Assembly (NCBI GenBank): GCA_018649885.1 | Contig: JABIHA010000074.1 | Span: 1-64,000, forward strand | Direction of reading: 5' to 3' | DNA: 64,000 nt | DNA from: Bacteriovoracaceae bacterium | GTDB taxonomy: Bacteria; Bdellovibrionota; Bacteriovoracia; Bacteriovoracales; Bacteriovoracaceae | In this document: piece after piece, positions 29,558-39,496 of the stretch | Numbering within the stretch: the stretch's first letter is position 1 | Layout: each line of letters opens with the position of its first letter | The notes under the pieces: generated by a model | Told to the model about the DNA's origin: nothing | Databases searched by the model: none | The model's input: only the letters and a program-made list of their open reading frames with translations | Made by a program: the position numbers and the translations under genes

Positions 29558-30040
29558 CTATTCTTTACCAGTTAGGGCCTCAGAAAGCAAACTTTTCTCG
29601 AATATTAAAGCATCTTCACCCGCCCCATAAAAGTGCTTGCTTACATGAATTTGGACAAATTTCATATGCCGATAAAATGCAATGGCACTGTGATTTGTCT
29701 CCGAAACTTCTAAGAAAATTCTGGACGCCCCTTTCTGTCGCATCGACTCAATTGCAAAATTCAACAACTCAGTGCCTAATCTTTTTTTCCGCGCGGGCGG
29801 ATCTGTTAATATCTTTAACAGATGCCCTACCTCATCCCCTTCAATTTTCTTAAACAAGGCAACACCTAGGAGATTTCCGTGACTGCTGGCCCTGAATATC
29901 CAATATGAATCATTGCGTAAGGAGTCTCGCCAAGCATTTTCCTTCCAAGGAGTGGGAAAATGGCGTTTATCCCAAAACATAATGAGCTCCAAGGCCGACT
30001 CACTCAGCTGCGATAGTCTTGATTCAAGAATTTCTATCAT
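29558..30040 (-). CDS. rimI: RimI-like GNAT acetyltransferase
   Basis: RKKRLG, FLEVSETN..AIAFY and FYGAGEDA. Confidence 0.8.
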   Translation of the reverse strand: MIEILESRLSQLSESALELIMFWDKRHFPTPWKENAWRDSLRNDSYWIFRASSHGNLLGVALFKKIEGDEVGHLLKILTDPPARKKRLGTELLNFAIESMRQKGASRIFLEVSETNHSAIAFYRHMKFVQIHVSKHFYGAGEDALIFEKSLLSEALTGKE

Positions 30041-30636
30041 TAAAAATAGACCTGATGTGGAATTTGAGCGTTGAGGGAGCTTCTGAATGCCTTCATGGCC
30101 TCTTGCAGAGACTTTGGATCTTTCTCTGCGACGAAGCGTGATCTAATTAATACCTCTGCATGCATAAATCTTTTTAGAGACGAGACAGTGGCACGACCTA
30201 TTTTTTTGACACACCCATTTTTGATGGCCGCTTGCTTTAATAAATTTATGGTCTCAGTCTTTATTAAAACTTTTTGTCCAGAAGAGTACTTTATGAGTTT
30301 TGATAAAAATAAAAGGTCAAAAATAGTTTTTTTATTTGAAGGGCCTAAGTTATCTAAATTTTTCTTCAGCAGACTCAAATCCTGGTGTTTCACTCCTACC
30401 ATTTTAAAAATCATGGCATCTGCGTAACTACATCTAAACTCAGAAGTTTTTGCCAACAATTTGATCACATCACTCTTGAAAAAAACTTTAGTATCTACTC
30501 GGAAAAAGGCCTTTCCACTTTCAACTAATACTCTCATTGGACCCGCCACAGGAGTTTTATTTTCAGACAACTCCTGAGCAAAAAGCTGAGAAGAGCTAAT
30601 AAGGATGAAAGCAGTTGTTATTGCAATAAGCCGCAT
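30040..30636 (-). CDS. Hypothetical exported protein
   Basis: Signal peptide; TAATG overlap with rimI. Confidence 0.7.
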   Translation of the reverse strand: MRLIAITTAFILISSSQLFAQELSENKTPVAGPMRVLVESGKAFFRVDTKVFFKSDVIKLLAKTSEFRCSYADAMIFKMVGVKHQDLSLLKKNLDNLGPSNKKTIFDLLFLSKLIKYSSGQKVLIKTETINLLKQAAIKNGCVKKIGRATVSSLKRFMHAEVLIRSRFVAEKDPKSLQEAMKAFRSSLNAQIPHQVYF

Positions 30637-30704
30637 TAGATAAGCTTATCTTTAAGAAACAACAATTCCAATTAAATAAGGATATACTGGTTCCAGTATA
30701 ATTG

Positions 30705-31991
30705 TTAAACGGGTGTGCAGATCTCTGGAAATCCTTGTGCACGGTCAATATGAATTTCTTGATTTCTATTAAATCGTATTTTCACATGAGGATTGAATGT
30801 GTACCCATCCTTTCCACGCAACAAGTATTTTCTCTTATCATCTTTGGGCTCGATCAACTTACGAAGCCTACTGACACTAGTATAAATTAGCTTGTCGTGA
30901 ATTAATGGATTGTACTCATCTCTCCAAATAGATTTGGCCAAGTCGTCCTTATTAAAATAGATCCCAGGGTTTTGGGCCAATAAAAATAATATTTCAAGAA
31001 GTACAAAACGGTGCTTGAAATCAATTGTTCCCAGGCTCTTTTCCATGACGAGCCTTCTATTTCTATCGAGGTAAAGATCCACATTGGAGTCATTCACATC
31101 TTCGATTTCTAGTTTTATCAGTGTGCTAAGTCTTCTGAAGTTGCTTTGGTCAAAAAGGCTAAGACCCCATTCAAAGTAGATCAGTGCCTTATTAAATTCA
31201 CCCATATTTTTGTAGACCACACCTTCACCTAAAAGTGCATATCCATATAGATTCCAGTAAGTCTTCTTTTGAAGCGAGAAGCTGGCAAACTTAAAATGTT
31301 CAAGAGATTTGGTATACTGGCCTAGAGCATTATATATCTTACCAAGTAAGATGTGCATCGATCCCAGTAGATAATACTTCTTGAGAATTTGAAGCAACTC
31401 TCTTAGTTGCTCAAGATACCTTAGGGCCTTTGTATTCTCACCTTTTTGAAAATAGCTTTGTCCTAATGAATAGAGGCATTTAGCTAGTATTTCGGGCTCA
31501 TTTTCTTCTCTAGATTTTTGATGTGCGCTCAGAAAATACTCAATCGCTTTGTCTTGATTTTTTTTGTAGGTTTCGAGTGCCCCAAGGTAGAAGAAATATT
31601 CTGATTTAAGCTGGGGCAATATAGTGGGGGCCCTATCCATCAGGAGGGCCAGCTCATTTATTTGGGCCTGAGCATTTTCCATTTTTTGTTTTTCGGAATA
31701 AATTCTAATTGTGAAGCCATAGATTTTAACTAGGCCGAAGAAATTTTCCGGTAAGATTATGTATTTCTTAGACAACTCAAAGTATTCGAGGGCCTTTTCC
31801 ATGTCGCATTTGTCGTAGTAGAGCTTGGCAAGCTTATAAAAGCCCTCGCCCTGTTCCTTGCGGCTGGATGCGAGTTTAGCAAACTCCTCGTCCAGGCTTC
31901 CGTCAATTGGAGCATGGATAGCAGCACTGAGTGCTGTATCAATCTGGTTTAAATTACCGGTACTTTCGGTGGTTCCCTGACTCACTTCCAT
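30705..31991 (-). CDS. TPR-repeat protein with C-terminal OmpR/PhoB-type winged helix (transcription regulator)
   Basis: Several TPRs, then LAKSIW...IYTSVSRLRKLIE...GY; ATG 31991 with GGAGG. Confidence 0.85.
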   Translation of the reverse strand: MEVSQGTTESTGNLNQIDTALSAAIHAPIDGSLDEEFAKLASSRKEQGEGFYKLAKLYYDKCDMEKALEYFELSKKYIILPENFFGLVKIYGFTIRIYSEKQKMENAQAQINELALLMDRAPTILPQLKSEYFFYLGALETYKKNQDKAIEYFLSAHQKSREENEPEILAKCLYSLGQSYFQKGENTKALRYLEQLRELLQILKKYYLLGSMHILLGKIYNALGQYTKSLEHFKFASFSLQKKTYWNLYGYALLGEGVVYKNMGEFNKALIYFEWGLSLFDQSNFRRLSTLIKLEIEDVNDSNVDLYLDRNRRLVMEKSLGTIDFKHRFVLLEILFLLAQNPGIYFNKDDLAKSIWRDEYNPLIHDKLIYTSVSRLRKLIEPKDDKRKYLLRGKDGYTFNPHVKIRFNRNQEIHIDRAQGFPEICTPV

Positions 31992-32251
31992 CTTCCCTCC
32001 CAACAAAGAGATGAAACAATTTAATTCTAGTATGAGCTCCCCTACGGGCCCATCTAAACGCAGTCATCTTACACATTTATTAACGCTTTGCAAACCCATC
32101 CCCTGTATTTCTTACATTTGAGATTCCAAACTACCAATTATTGGGGCTTTTTATACTGCGATGGGGCAATCAATAGTGTTCACAAATACTTATTTTCAGA
32201 GTAAATTGCTCCTTTGTTTTTTACAAATCTTACACCTAAAAAGGAACACTC

Positions 32252-34012
32252 ATGAGTGAAAGGCCAGAATTTGACCTCGAGACCATTCGCCATTCAACCG
32301 CTCATCTGATGGCACAAGCCATTTTTAGACTATTTCCAGATGAAGATATTCAACTGGGAGTAGGCCCTACCACAGAGACAGGCTGTTATTACGATATAAA
32401 AATGGGGCATATTCTAAATGACTCAGATTTAAAAAGTATAGAAAAGACCATGAAAAAAATCATCAAGGAGAAACTTCCTGTTGAGAGAAAAGTCTTTGAT
32501 CGAAATAAGGCCTTGGAGTTTTTTAAAAAAGAAGGCCAAATATATAAAATAGAGCTCATCAGTGAACTTCCAGAAGATGAAGAGATCTCCACTTACACTC
32601 AAGGAGAATTTGTCGATCTGTGTAGAGGACCTCACGTAGAGAATACTTACAACTTGCCAATGAGCTTTAAAGTAACCAGCACTGCCGGAGCTTACTGGAG
32701 AGGAGATCAAGAAAATGATCAACTCCAAAGAGTTTATGCCATTGTCTTTGATAATAAAGAACACCTCCAGGCCCATTTGAAATTTCTGGAAGAGGCCAAG
32801 AAGAGAGATCATAGAAAACTAGGCACTGAATTGGGCCTTTTTCAATTTGAACAAGTATCTCCTGCATGCCCATTTTTTACCCCAAAAGGGACGGTCGTTT
32901 ACAACGAATTAACTGACTTTATGAGAAGGCTGTACTTCAAATTTGACTATCATGAAGTGATCACTCCACAAATACTCGATAGTGAGCTATGGCACACCTC
33001 TGGACACTATGAGAACTACAAAGAAAATATGTATTTCACCCCAATAGATGAGCGTGAATTTGCAGTAAAGCCCATGAACTGCCCCTGCCACATGCTGATG
33101 TTTAGACACCAGAAAAGAAGTTACAGGGAACTTCCCATGAGAATCGCAGATTTTGGAAGACTACACCGTTACGAAAGATCTGGAGCAATATCTGGTCTCA
33201 CAAGAGTTAGGTCATTTTGCCAGGATGACGCCCATATTTTCTTAGGACTTGAGCAAATTCAAGATGAAATAAAAAAGCTGCTCGATATGTTCTTCATTTG
33301 CTACGAACATTTTGGCTTCAATGAAATAAAAATTAATTTAAGCACTAGACCTGAAAAAAGAGTCGGTTCTGAAGAGGTATGGGATAAGGCTGAAAGTGCC
33401 CTTCGAGAAGCACTTGAAAATAGCGACCACGATTTTTCAATAAAAGAAGGTGATGGTGCATTTTACGGCCCCAAAATTGATATTGATGTAGCAGATGCAC
33501 TTAACCGCTACCATCAGCTCGGAACAATCCAACTAGATTTCAATTTGCCAGATAGATTTGATTTGAAATTTAATAACTCTGAAGGTGGACAAGAAAGACC
33601 AGTAGTCATTCACCGTGCACTTTTAGGATCACTAGAAAGATTTTTTGGTGTGTACCTAGAGCATATTGCAGGTGTTTTCCCATTTTGGTTGGCGCCTGAA
33701 CAAGCTGTCATCATACCAGTTAACAATGAAGGACATCTTGAAGCAGCTAAGGCCCTCACTGTTGAGTTAAAAAAGGCCGGCTATAGAGTCAGAGTAGACG
33801 ATCGTAATGAATCCCTTGGCAAAAAGACAAGGGAAACGCAAAAAGCAAAAATTCCCTACATGCTCGTTATGGGTGACAACGAAATTGAAAAAGGCAGTGT
33901 TTCCATTAGAAAATATGGGGAACGTGAGGCCATTGACTTAAGTAGAGATGAGCTATTTTCACAGTTCAGTGAACTTCAAGCACAAAGAGTGCCTGAACAA
34001 CTTAGAGATTAA
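32252..34012 (+). CDS. thrS: Threonine-tRNA ligase (short form without N-terminal TGS domain)
   Basis: RHSTAH, DLCRGPH, KPMNCP and AFYGPKID. Confidence 0.98.
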   Translation: MSERPEFDLETIRHSTAHLMAQAIFRLFPDEDIQLGVGPTTETGCYYDIKMGHILNDSDLKSIEKTMKKIIKEKLPVERKVFDRNKALEFFKKEGQIYKIELISELPEDEEISTYTQGEFVDLCRGPHVENTYNLPMSFKVTSTAGAYWRGDQENDQLQRVYAIVFDNKEHLQAHLKFLEEAKKRDHRKLGTELGLFQFEQVSPACPFFTPKGTVVYNELTDFMRRLYFKFDYHEVITPQILDSELWHTSGHYENYKENMYFTPIDEREFAVKPMNCPCHMLMFRHQKRSYRELPMRIADFGRLHRYERSGAISGLTRVRSFCQDDAHIFLGLEQIQDEIKKLLDMFFICYEHFGFNEIKINLSTRPEKRVGSEEVWDKAESALREALENSDHDFSIKEGDGAFYGPKIDIDVADALNRYHQLGTIQLDFNLPDRFDLKFNNSEGGQERPVVIHRALLGSLERFFGVYLEHIAGVFPFWLAPEQAVIIPVNNEGHLEAAKALTVELKKAGYRVRVDDRNESLGKKTRETQKAKIPYMLVMGDNEIEKGSVSIRKYGEREAIDLSRDELFSQFSELQAQRVPEQLRD

Positions 34013-34025
34013 TGAGGAGGGCACT

Positions 34026-35021
34026 ATGCCCAAAAATATTATAGTCTTTCACGGAGGCGGCGGAAGTGAGCACGAGATATCAAATATCTCTTCTCAATTT
34101 CTTCTTAAAAGACTTGGCCCGATTGAAAATATCAATATTCATACGGTCCTAATCAAAGCACCAGGTGTTTGGGAATGGGGCATGCACGGAGAATGCTTCC
34201 TCACTTGTGATGGAAAGTTAAAGGCCAGTAATACGGAAATCCGCGCCGACTATGCTATCCCTTGGATTCACGGAACTCCGGGTGAGACTGGTGAAATTCA
34301 GTGCCTTCTTGAAATGATGAAAGTTCCCTATTTAGGCAGCTCCTTTGAACAATCAAGCTTATGTTTTAACAAAGTTTCAACAAAGCTGTACTTGAATTCT
34401 AGAGGGATTAAAAATTCTAATTTTACTTATTTAGGTTCTATAGAAGAATTTCATAAAGCAGAAGAGTTTTTCCATAAAAGCTCTGGGATTATATTTGTTA
34501 AGGCCTCTCATCAAGGCTCCTCTGTGGGCTGCTATAAAGTTGAAAGTGAGAGTCAGCTTAAATCTTCCATTGAAAAGGCCTTTGAATTATCAAGCTATGT
34601 ATTGTGTGAAGAATTTATTAATGGAAGAGAGCTTGAAGTCGCCGTTTATGAATATGAGGGTGAACTCCACGTCACAGCTCCAGCGGAAATACATTGCCCT
34701 ACAGGTTTTTATGACTACGACCAAAAATACAATAGCTCTAGCCAAACAAAAACAAGTACTGTTGCAGAGGGACTCTCAAAAAAATGTATTGATGAAATAT
34801 CACAAATGGCCAAGCAAACCTTTGAGTTATTTAAACTTAAAGACCATGTAAGAGTTGATTTCTTTGTGACAGATAACGAGACCGTATATCTAGGTGAGCC
34901 TAATACTTATCCGGGTCTGACAGAAATTTCATTATTTCCACAAATGATAGAAAGCAGCGGTGTAGGGTTTACTCGGTGGCTTACTGATAGAATTGAAACC
35001 TCCATCGGAAGACTAGAGTAA
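34026..35021 (+). CDS. ddl: D-alanine-D-alanine ligase
   Basis: SEHEIS, HG.PGE.G, GSSVG, YDY..KY and E.NT.PG; ATG 34026 after GAGGAGG. Confidence 0.93.
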   Translation: MPKNIIVFHGGGGSEHEISNISSQFLLKRLGPIENINIHTVLIKAPGVWEWGMHGECFLTCDGKLKASNTEIRADYAIPWIHGTPGETGEIQCLLEMMKVPYLGSSFEQSSLCFNKVSTKLYLNSRGIKNSNFTYLGSIEEFHKAEEFFHKSSGIIFVKASHQGSSVGCYKVESESQLKSSIEKAFELSSYVLCEEFINGRELEVAVYEYEGELHVTAPAEIHCPTGFYDYDQKYNSSSQTKTSTVAEGLSKKCIDEISQMAKQTFELFKLKDHVRVDFFVTDNETVYLGEPNTYPGLTEISLFPQMIESSGVGFTRWLTDRIETSIGRLE

Positions 35022-35588
35022 GAGCCTAGAGTGCACTCGAACAAATTTGTTTAAAACCTGATCCCAGTAAAATACTAAGGCCACATTCTTAAAGTAGATG
35101 ACCTTAAATCCTTCACGTTTCATATAGTGATCTCCACCATTTTTAATGTCTGCAACCAAAGGAGTTGTTTGATGGCCCAAAAAAACATTTTTTAATTCAG
35201 GATTAATATCAATCATTTGGAAAAAGTGAGCAACCTTCCCACCATCATCCCAGTCGACGTAGAGAAGTTTAACTCTTTTATCACGCTTATCTATGGCAAA
35301 AAATACACAGCCATACTTTGTTGCTTGGATAAAAGCGTCACAAATATAATCATCAAAATAACGGCTTCTCGAACGGTGCTTTTCAAAAAAATCTAAGGCC
35401 TCCCCCTCCAGTGGCATATGTCCTAAAAAGGTAAAAGGATAATATTTCAAATCATCAACAATTTTATCTTTAAGCTTTTCTCTATTACCTGTGTAATCAA
35501 ATTCGGCAAGAGAACAACCCATGGTGAAAAGCATGAATCCTTTAAGGACTATCAAGCTTAACCAGCGAAATGACTGGAACATCTTCAA
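35013..35588 (-). CDS. Hypothetical, probable lipoprotein (start uncertain)
   Basis: Hydrophobic segment ending FTMG-C; overlaps upstream gene end. Confidence 0.55.
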   Translation of the reverse strand: MKMFQSFRWLSLIVLKGFMLFTMGCSLAEFDYTGNREKLKDKIVDDLKYYPFTFLGHMPLEGEALDFFEKHRSRSRYFDDYICDAFIQATKYGCVFFAIDKRDKRVKLLYVDWDDGGKVAHFFQMIDINPELKNVFLGHQTTPLVADIKNGGDHYMKREGFKVIYFKNVALVFYWDQVLNKFVRVHSRLLL

Positions 35589-37080
35589 CCTTCTCCCTCA
35601 TATTATTTTTGGAATACTCTACTATAAATCCCATCCCAACGACTTTGGCACCAGACTTCTTCACTAACTCAAAGCACGCCACAGCACTTTTTCCGGTAGA
35701 TACTATATCGTCAACGATAAAAACTCTGTCAAACTCTCCAAGTGAGCTGGCCCCAATTTCGAGAGAATTTTTTTTATCATCAGCTTTGAAGTGAGTAGTT
35801 ACTTTCTCACCAGGAAGCCTTGAGCCCTTCCTTGCCAGCACTAGACCAAATTCTAAGTATTGTGCAATTGCAGCTGCCGGGATAAATCCACTGGCATCAA
35901 TTCCTATAATCTTATTTGCACCAGTTTCAATGACGGCCATCGCCAAGTCTTTTGTGGTTAATCGAAAAGTCTGAGGATTTTCATATATTTTTGAAATATC
36001 AATAAATGCTCTTCCATGAAGAGGTGTATTGGGATGTTTAATAAATTGCGCTTTTAAAAGGTTTTGATTTACCCCTGTTTCTATTTTTCCAAACTTATCT
36101 TTGATTTTTCCAAGTCTAGTATTGAATTTATTTAATTCATTCTCTCTTTTTTCATCACGAAATTTTCCAATGATTGAAAAAATGAGACCGTCTCTCAGCC
36201 CTACAAAAGGGACTAAAATTTCATCTCCTTGTGACTGTTCGACAACCAAATTTAAAACCAAAGCAGCTGGGAAGGCAACATCAGAGCGGTCTGCTGTGAA
36301 GCCAAACTCTTTCATAATCCCAGAAGTTCCAAGCTCTTCAAACTGTACTTTCAGTTGAGCTAATTTTTTGCCACTAATAACACCTAACCCAGTGTGATTA
36401 GTGTCTCCAGTAAGTGAAGCAAAACGCTCTATATTTCCACCTGTACCCAAAATCCTTTTGATTTTCCCGGCCTTACTGGCCTTTTTCAAAAATGGTGTGA
36501 TGAGCTCTTTATATTCTTTCAAAACCTCTTTTTTCGATCTGTTTTTCAAATGCTCTAAGGTTCTTATGGTCCCCATGGGATAAGACTCTCTCATTAGGAC
36601 TTCACCTTTATCGACAAAGCTCAACTCAACACTACCGCCCCCTATATCGATCATCAGTGAACAACCTCTACTTAAATCCACTACATTAAAAACGGCAGAG
36701 CTTATAAGTTCTGCCTCTCTATCACCAGAAATAGTATTAATACAAATACCCGATTTCTCTGTGATTAAATCTACAAACTCTTTAGAATTTTCAGCTTCTC
36801 TCAGCGCTGATGTGCCAACTGCCATAATTTCAGATACATTATAAAAATCTATAATATTGGAAAATTGCACGAATGTTTCTGCCGATTTAGTAAGTGTTTC
36901 CTCAGAAATTTTACCGGTATTAAAAACATCAAGACCAAGACGTAAGGGAAAGCGTACTTTATCTAGAAGAAAATATGTCCCATCCTTTAGATATCTAACA
37001 ATCACGAGCCGGACTGCATTTGATCCTAAGTCAATGGCGGCAAATATTCTTTTTTTCTTTTTAAATGGCCAAAGTAACAT
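35542..37080 (-). CDS. Ppx/GppA phosphatase fused to a C-terminal adenine-phosphoribosyltransferase-like domain
   Basis: AAIDLGSN, GTSALR, DREA and DIGGGS.E, then ARK...LPG and VDDIVSTG in one frame. Confidence 0.9.
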   Translation of the reverse strand: MLLWPFKKKKRIFAAIDLGSNAVRLVIVRYLKDGTYFLLDKVRFPLRLGLDVFNTGKISEETLTKSAETFVQFSNIIDFYNVSEIMAVGTSALREAENSKEFVDLITEKSGICINTISGDREAELISSAVFNVVDLSRGCSLMIDIGGGSVELSFVDKGEVLMRESYPMGTIRTLEHLKNRSKKEVLKEYKELITPFLKKASKAGKIKRILGTGGNIERFASLTGDTNHTGLGVISGKKLAQLKVQFEELGTSGIMKEFGFTADRSDVAFPAALVLNLVVEQSQGDEILVPFVGLRDGLIFSIIGKFRDEKRENELNKFNTRLGKIKDKFGKIETGVNQNLLKAQFIKHPNTPLHGRAFIDISKIYENPQTFRLTTKDLAMAVIETGANKIIGIDASGFIPAAAIAQYLEFGLVLARKGSRLPGEKVTTHFKADDKKNSLEIGASSLGEFDRVFIVDDIVSTGKSAVACFELVKKSGAKVVGMGFIVEYSKNNMREKVEDVPVISLVKLDSP

Positions 37081-37093
37081 CTAGCTCTCACTT

Positions 37094-37127
37094 AAAAAAA
37101 GAGAAGACTCCAAAATAGAGCCTTCTC
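37094..37127 (-). terminator. Intrinsic terminator after the subtilase gene
   Basis: Minus strand GAGAAGGCTC-TATTTTG-GAGTCTTCTC-T7. Confidence 0.8.
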
Positions 37128-37145
37128 ATGACAATTCTAATTTTA

Positions 37146-38516
37146 TTAGAAACTAAGTGTAGAGGGAAGAGGAAAAACGAATTGAGTAGATGAATCTCTT
37201 AAACTATGGCCCTCGCCTGAAATAGTAAGTGGTACATCTTTAACTGAAATTTGTGCTTTTTTTATAGAGTCTACAATAGGCATAGTCTTACTAAGATTGG
37301 CCGCCAACTCCGCACGCTGTGAATTCACAATTCCTTCACTTTTAACTTTTTTGCTCAAAAAGATCTTTGTGTCTACAGTTTGCATGATAATTTCTTTAAT
37401 CTGAGCAGGTTTTAGGTTCTTATTTATTGATCTTAATCTTCCCGCAATCCTTGCAACATATGGAGCCGCTTGTGAGGTTCCACTCACCTCCATATATTGG
37501 TCACCAGGAATAGTCGATCTGATAATAACTCCAGGAGCTGCAACATCAACTCTGTCTTCACCGTAGTTAGAAAATTTTGCTAGAAGCTTTCTATCCATCG
37601 TAGCTGCGACACTTATAACATTATCTCTTTCGACACTGGCCGGACTTGCTGGAAACTGATCATTATCACTGCCATCATTACCAGCAGCAAAAACAAAGAG
37701 AGTGTCAGGAGCCGCATCAACAAAAGACTCTCCACCTACAACCATTGCCTCAAGAAAAAACTTACTATAAGTTTCTAGTTCAGCAGCCGTTGGCTTTCTC
37801 CACCATAGCCCCATAAAAAGTGGAGTCACAATTGCCTTGGCCTGTCCAATTCCAGTACCAAATGACCCATTGGCCACTTCTACCGAGTGATTGTTAAGGT
37901 ATTCACCCATCTCTTTAAAAAGCACCCCTTGCTGTTTTGATAACTCAGTGATTAACCCTTTAATAAGGCCATCTCTAATGCCAGCAGCAAATGCCTGCAT
38001 CCCTAAAACGCGGGCCCGGTGGATGAAGGGCTTAACTTCAGTTGGGATTAATTTTAACCCCATAATTTTATTTCCCGGAACTCCTTTAGCAGCGATACCA
38101 GCTACGTGAGTGCCATGGATAAAATTCCCAAATTTTTGAACTTCCATCAAAAACTTAGGGTTCTTTGTTTGGGCCTTTGCCCAAGAAATTTCATCTGCAG
38201 TCGCTGTTCCTTCAAAAATCTTTTTTTGAATTTCAAAAAAACGATAGGGGTCTTTACTAAACGTTCCCAAATATTTGTAGTCGATAATATCACTGTTTGA
38301 CTCAGCAAAATTCCAACCATAAAAATCATCGGGGTAACCGTTACCATCTTCATCTCGAAGATTTCCTGGAGTCTCTCCAGCATTGGTCCACATTTGAGCC
38401 GCCAAATCTGTGTGCTTATAGTCAACTCCAGAGTCAACAATGGCCACAGTAGAGGCATGTGAAAAACTAATAAATAAAAATAGAATAATAGGTAATAGAG
38501 TCGTCTGTGCTTTCAT
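37146..38516 (-). CDS. Secreted S8 (subtilisin-like) serine protease
   Basis: Signal peptide; DSG, HGTHVAG, AAGN and GTSQAAP. Confidence 0.95.
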   Translation of the reverse strand: MKAQTTLLPIILFLFISFSHASTVAIVDSGVDYKHTDLAAQMWTNAGETPGNLRDEDGNGYPDDFYGWNFAESNSDIIDYKYLGTFSKDPYRFFEIQKKIFEGTATADEISWAKAQTKNPKFLMEVQKFGNFIHGTHVAGIAAKGVPGNKIMGLKLIPTEVKPFIHRARVLGMQAFAAGIRDGLIKGLITELSKQQGVLFKEMGEYLNNHSVEVANGSFGTGIGQAKAIVTPLFMGLWWRKPTAAELETYSKFFLEAMVVGGESFVDAAPDTLFVFAAGNDGSDNDQFPASPASVERDNVISVAATMDRKLLAKFSNYGEDRVDVAAPGVIIRSTIPGDQYMEVSGTSQAAPYVARIAGRLRSINKNLKPAQIKEIIMQTVDTKIFLSKKVKSEGIVNSQRAELAANLSKTMPIVDSIKKAQISVKDVPLTISGEGHSLRDSSTQFVFPLPSTLSF

Positions 38517-38718
38517 AAAAAGCTCCTCCTTGAGACACTGTTCATCCTTGACAATAATTGAATGCTACTATCTTCAAATCCTAAGTATTCTCTGTCAACG
38601 ATTATGAGTTTGTTAAAAACTTACACCTAGAATAATCCACTTGTAATAAATTCAAGAGACCTCCCAACACTAACCGCGTTGTGTTATAAATACCCAAAAT
38701 ATTTAATGGGGGATTACA

Positions 38719-39426
38719 GTGGAAATCACGAATAAAGAGGAGTCCTGGAAAGGATTCAACCTAATAGCCAATACTTATGACCAAATTAATAGACTGACTT
38801 CACTAGGAATTGATGGTTCCTGGAGAAAAAAATTGGCATGTTATCTTCCACATAAAGAACATCTTGATATTCTTGACCTTGCCACTGGCACTGCTGAAGT
38901 CGCCATTGAGCTTAGCAACATTTACAAGCATCGCGCCAAAATCACTGGTGTAGACCCAGCTGCTCATATGGTTGAAATCGGCCAAAATAAAATAAAAGAA
39001 CAAGGCCTTGATAAACAAATCTCACTCCAAGTGGGAAATGCCATGAATTTGGATTTTGACGATAATAGCTTTGATGCCGTCACCATTGCCTTCGGAATCA
39101 GAAATGTTCCCAATATAGATACGGCACTCAAAGAAATCTTCCGAGTTTTAAGGCCCGGAGGCAGAGTCGTTATCCTTGAATTCTCACTTCCTAAAAATAT
39201 TTTCGTCAAATCGGGCTACCTGCTCTACTTTCGACACATACTCCCCACCATTGGCAGGATCATTTCAGGTCACAAAAATGCCTATAGCTACCTTAATAAG
39301 AGTGTTGAGGACTTCCCTTACGGTGACGCCTTTCTAACCCACCTTGGAAAAGCAGGGTTAATCAGGGTAAAAGATACTCCTTTAAGTCTAGGTATTGCAT
39401 CCATTTACACAGGTGATAAAATTTAG
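38719..39426 (+). CDS. ubiE: UbiE/MenG quinone C-methyltransferase
   Basis: YD..N...SLG.D..WR, LDLATGT, FGIRNV and AY.YL..SV..FP. Confidence 0.93.
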   Translation: MEITNKEESWKGFNLIANTYDQINRLTSLGIDGSWRKKLACYLPHKEHLDILDLATGTAEVAIELSNIYKHRAKITGVDPAAHMVEIGQNKIKEQGLDKQISLQVGNAMNLDFDDNSFDAVTIAFGIRNVPNIDTALKEIFRVLRPGGRVVILEFSLPKNIFVKSGYLLYFRHILPTIGRIISGHKNAYSYLNKSVEDFPYGDAFLTHLGKAGLIRVKDTPLSLGIASIYTGDKI

Positions 39427-39496
39427 AGAGAAGGTGGCCAGATTACCCGAGGCTTTGGGTTTGCTATCTTTCACATCGTTTTCAAGGGAGAAGTCG

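Noticed and set aside
29515..29853. 112-aa plus-strand ORF
   Set aside because: Antisense shadow of rimI and the rimP leader; the same applies to the many other short ORFs nested in well-supported genes
34026..35021. Van-type D-Ala-D-Lac ligase
   Set aside because: Omega loop has Tyr (YDYDQKY) as in D-Ala-D-Ala ligases; no vanH/vanX nearby
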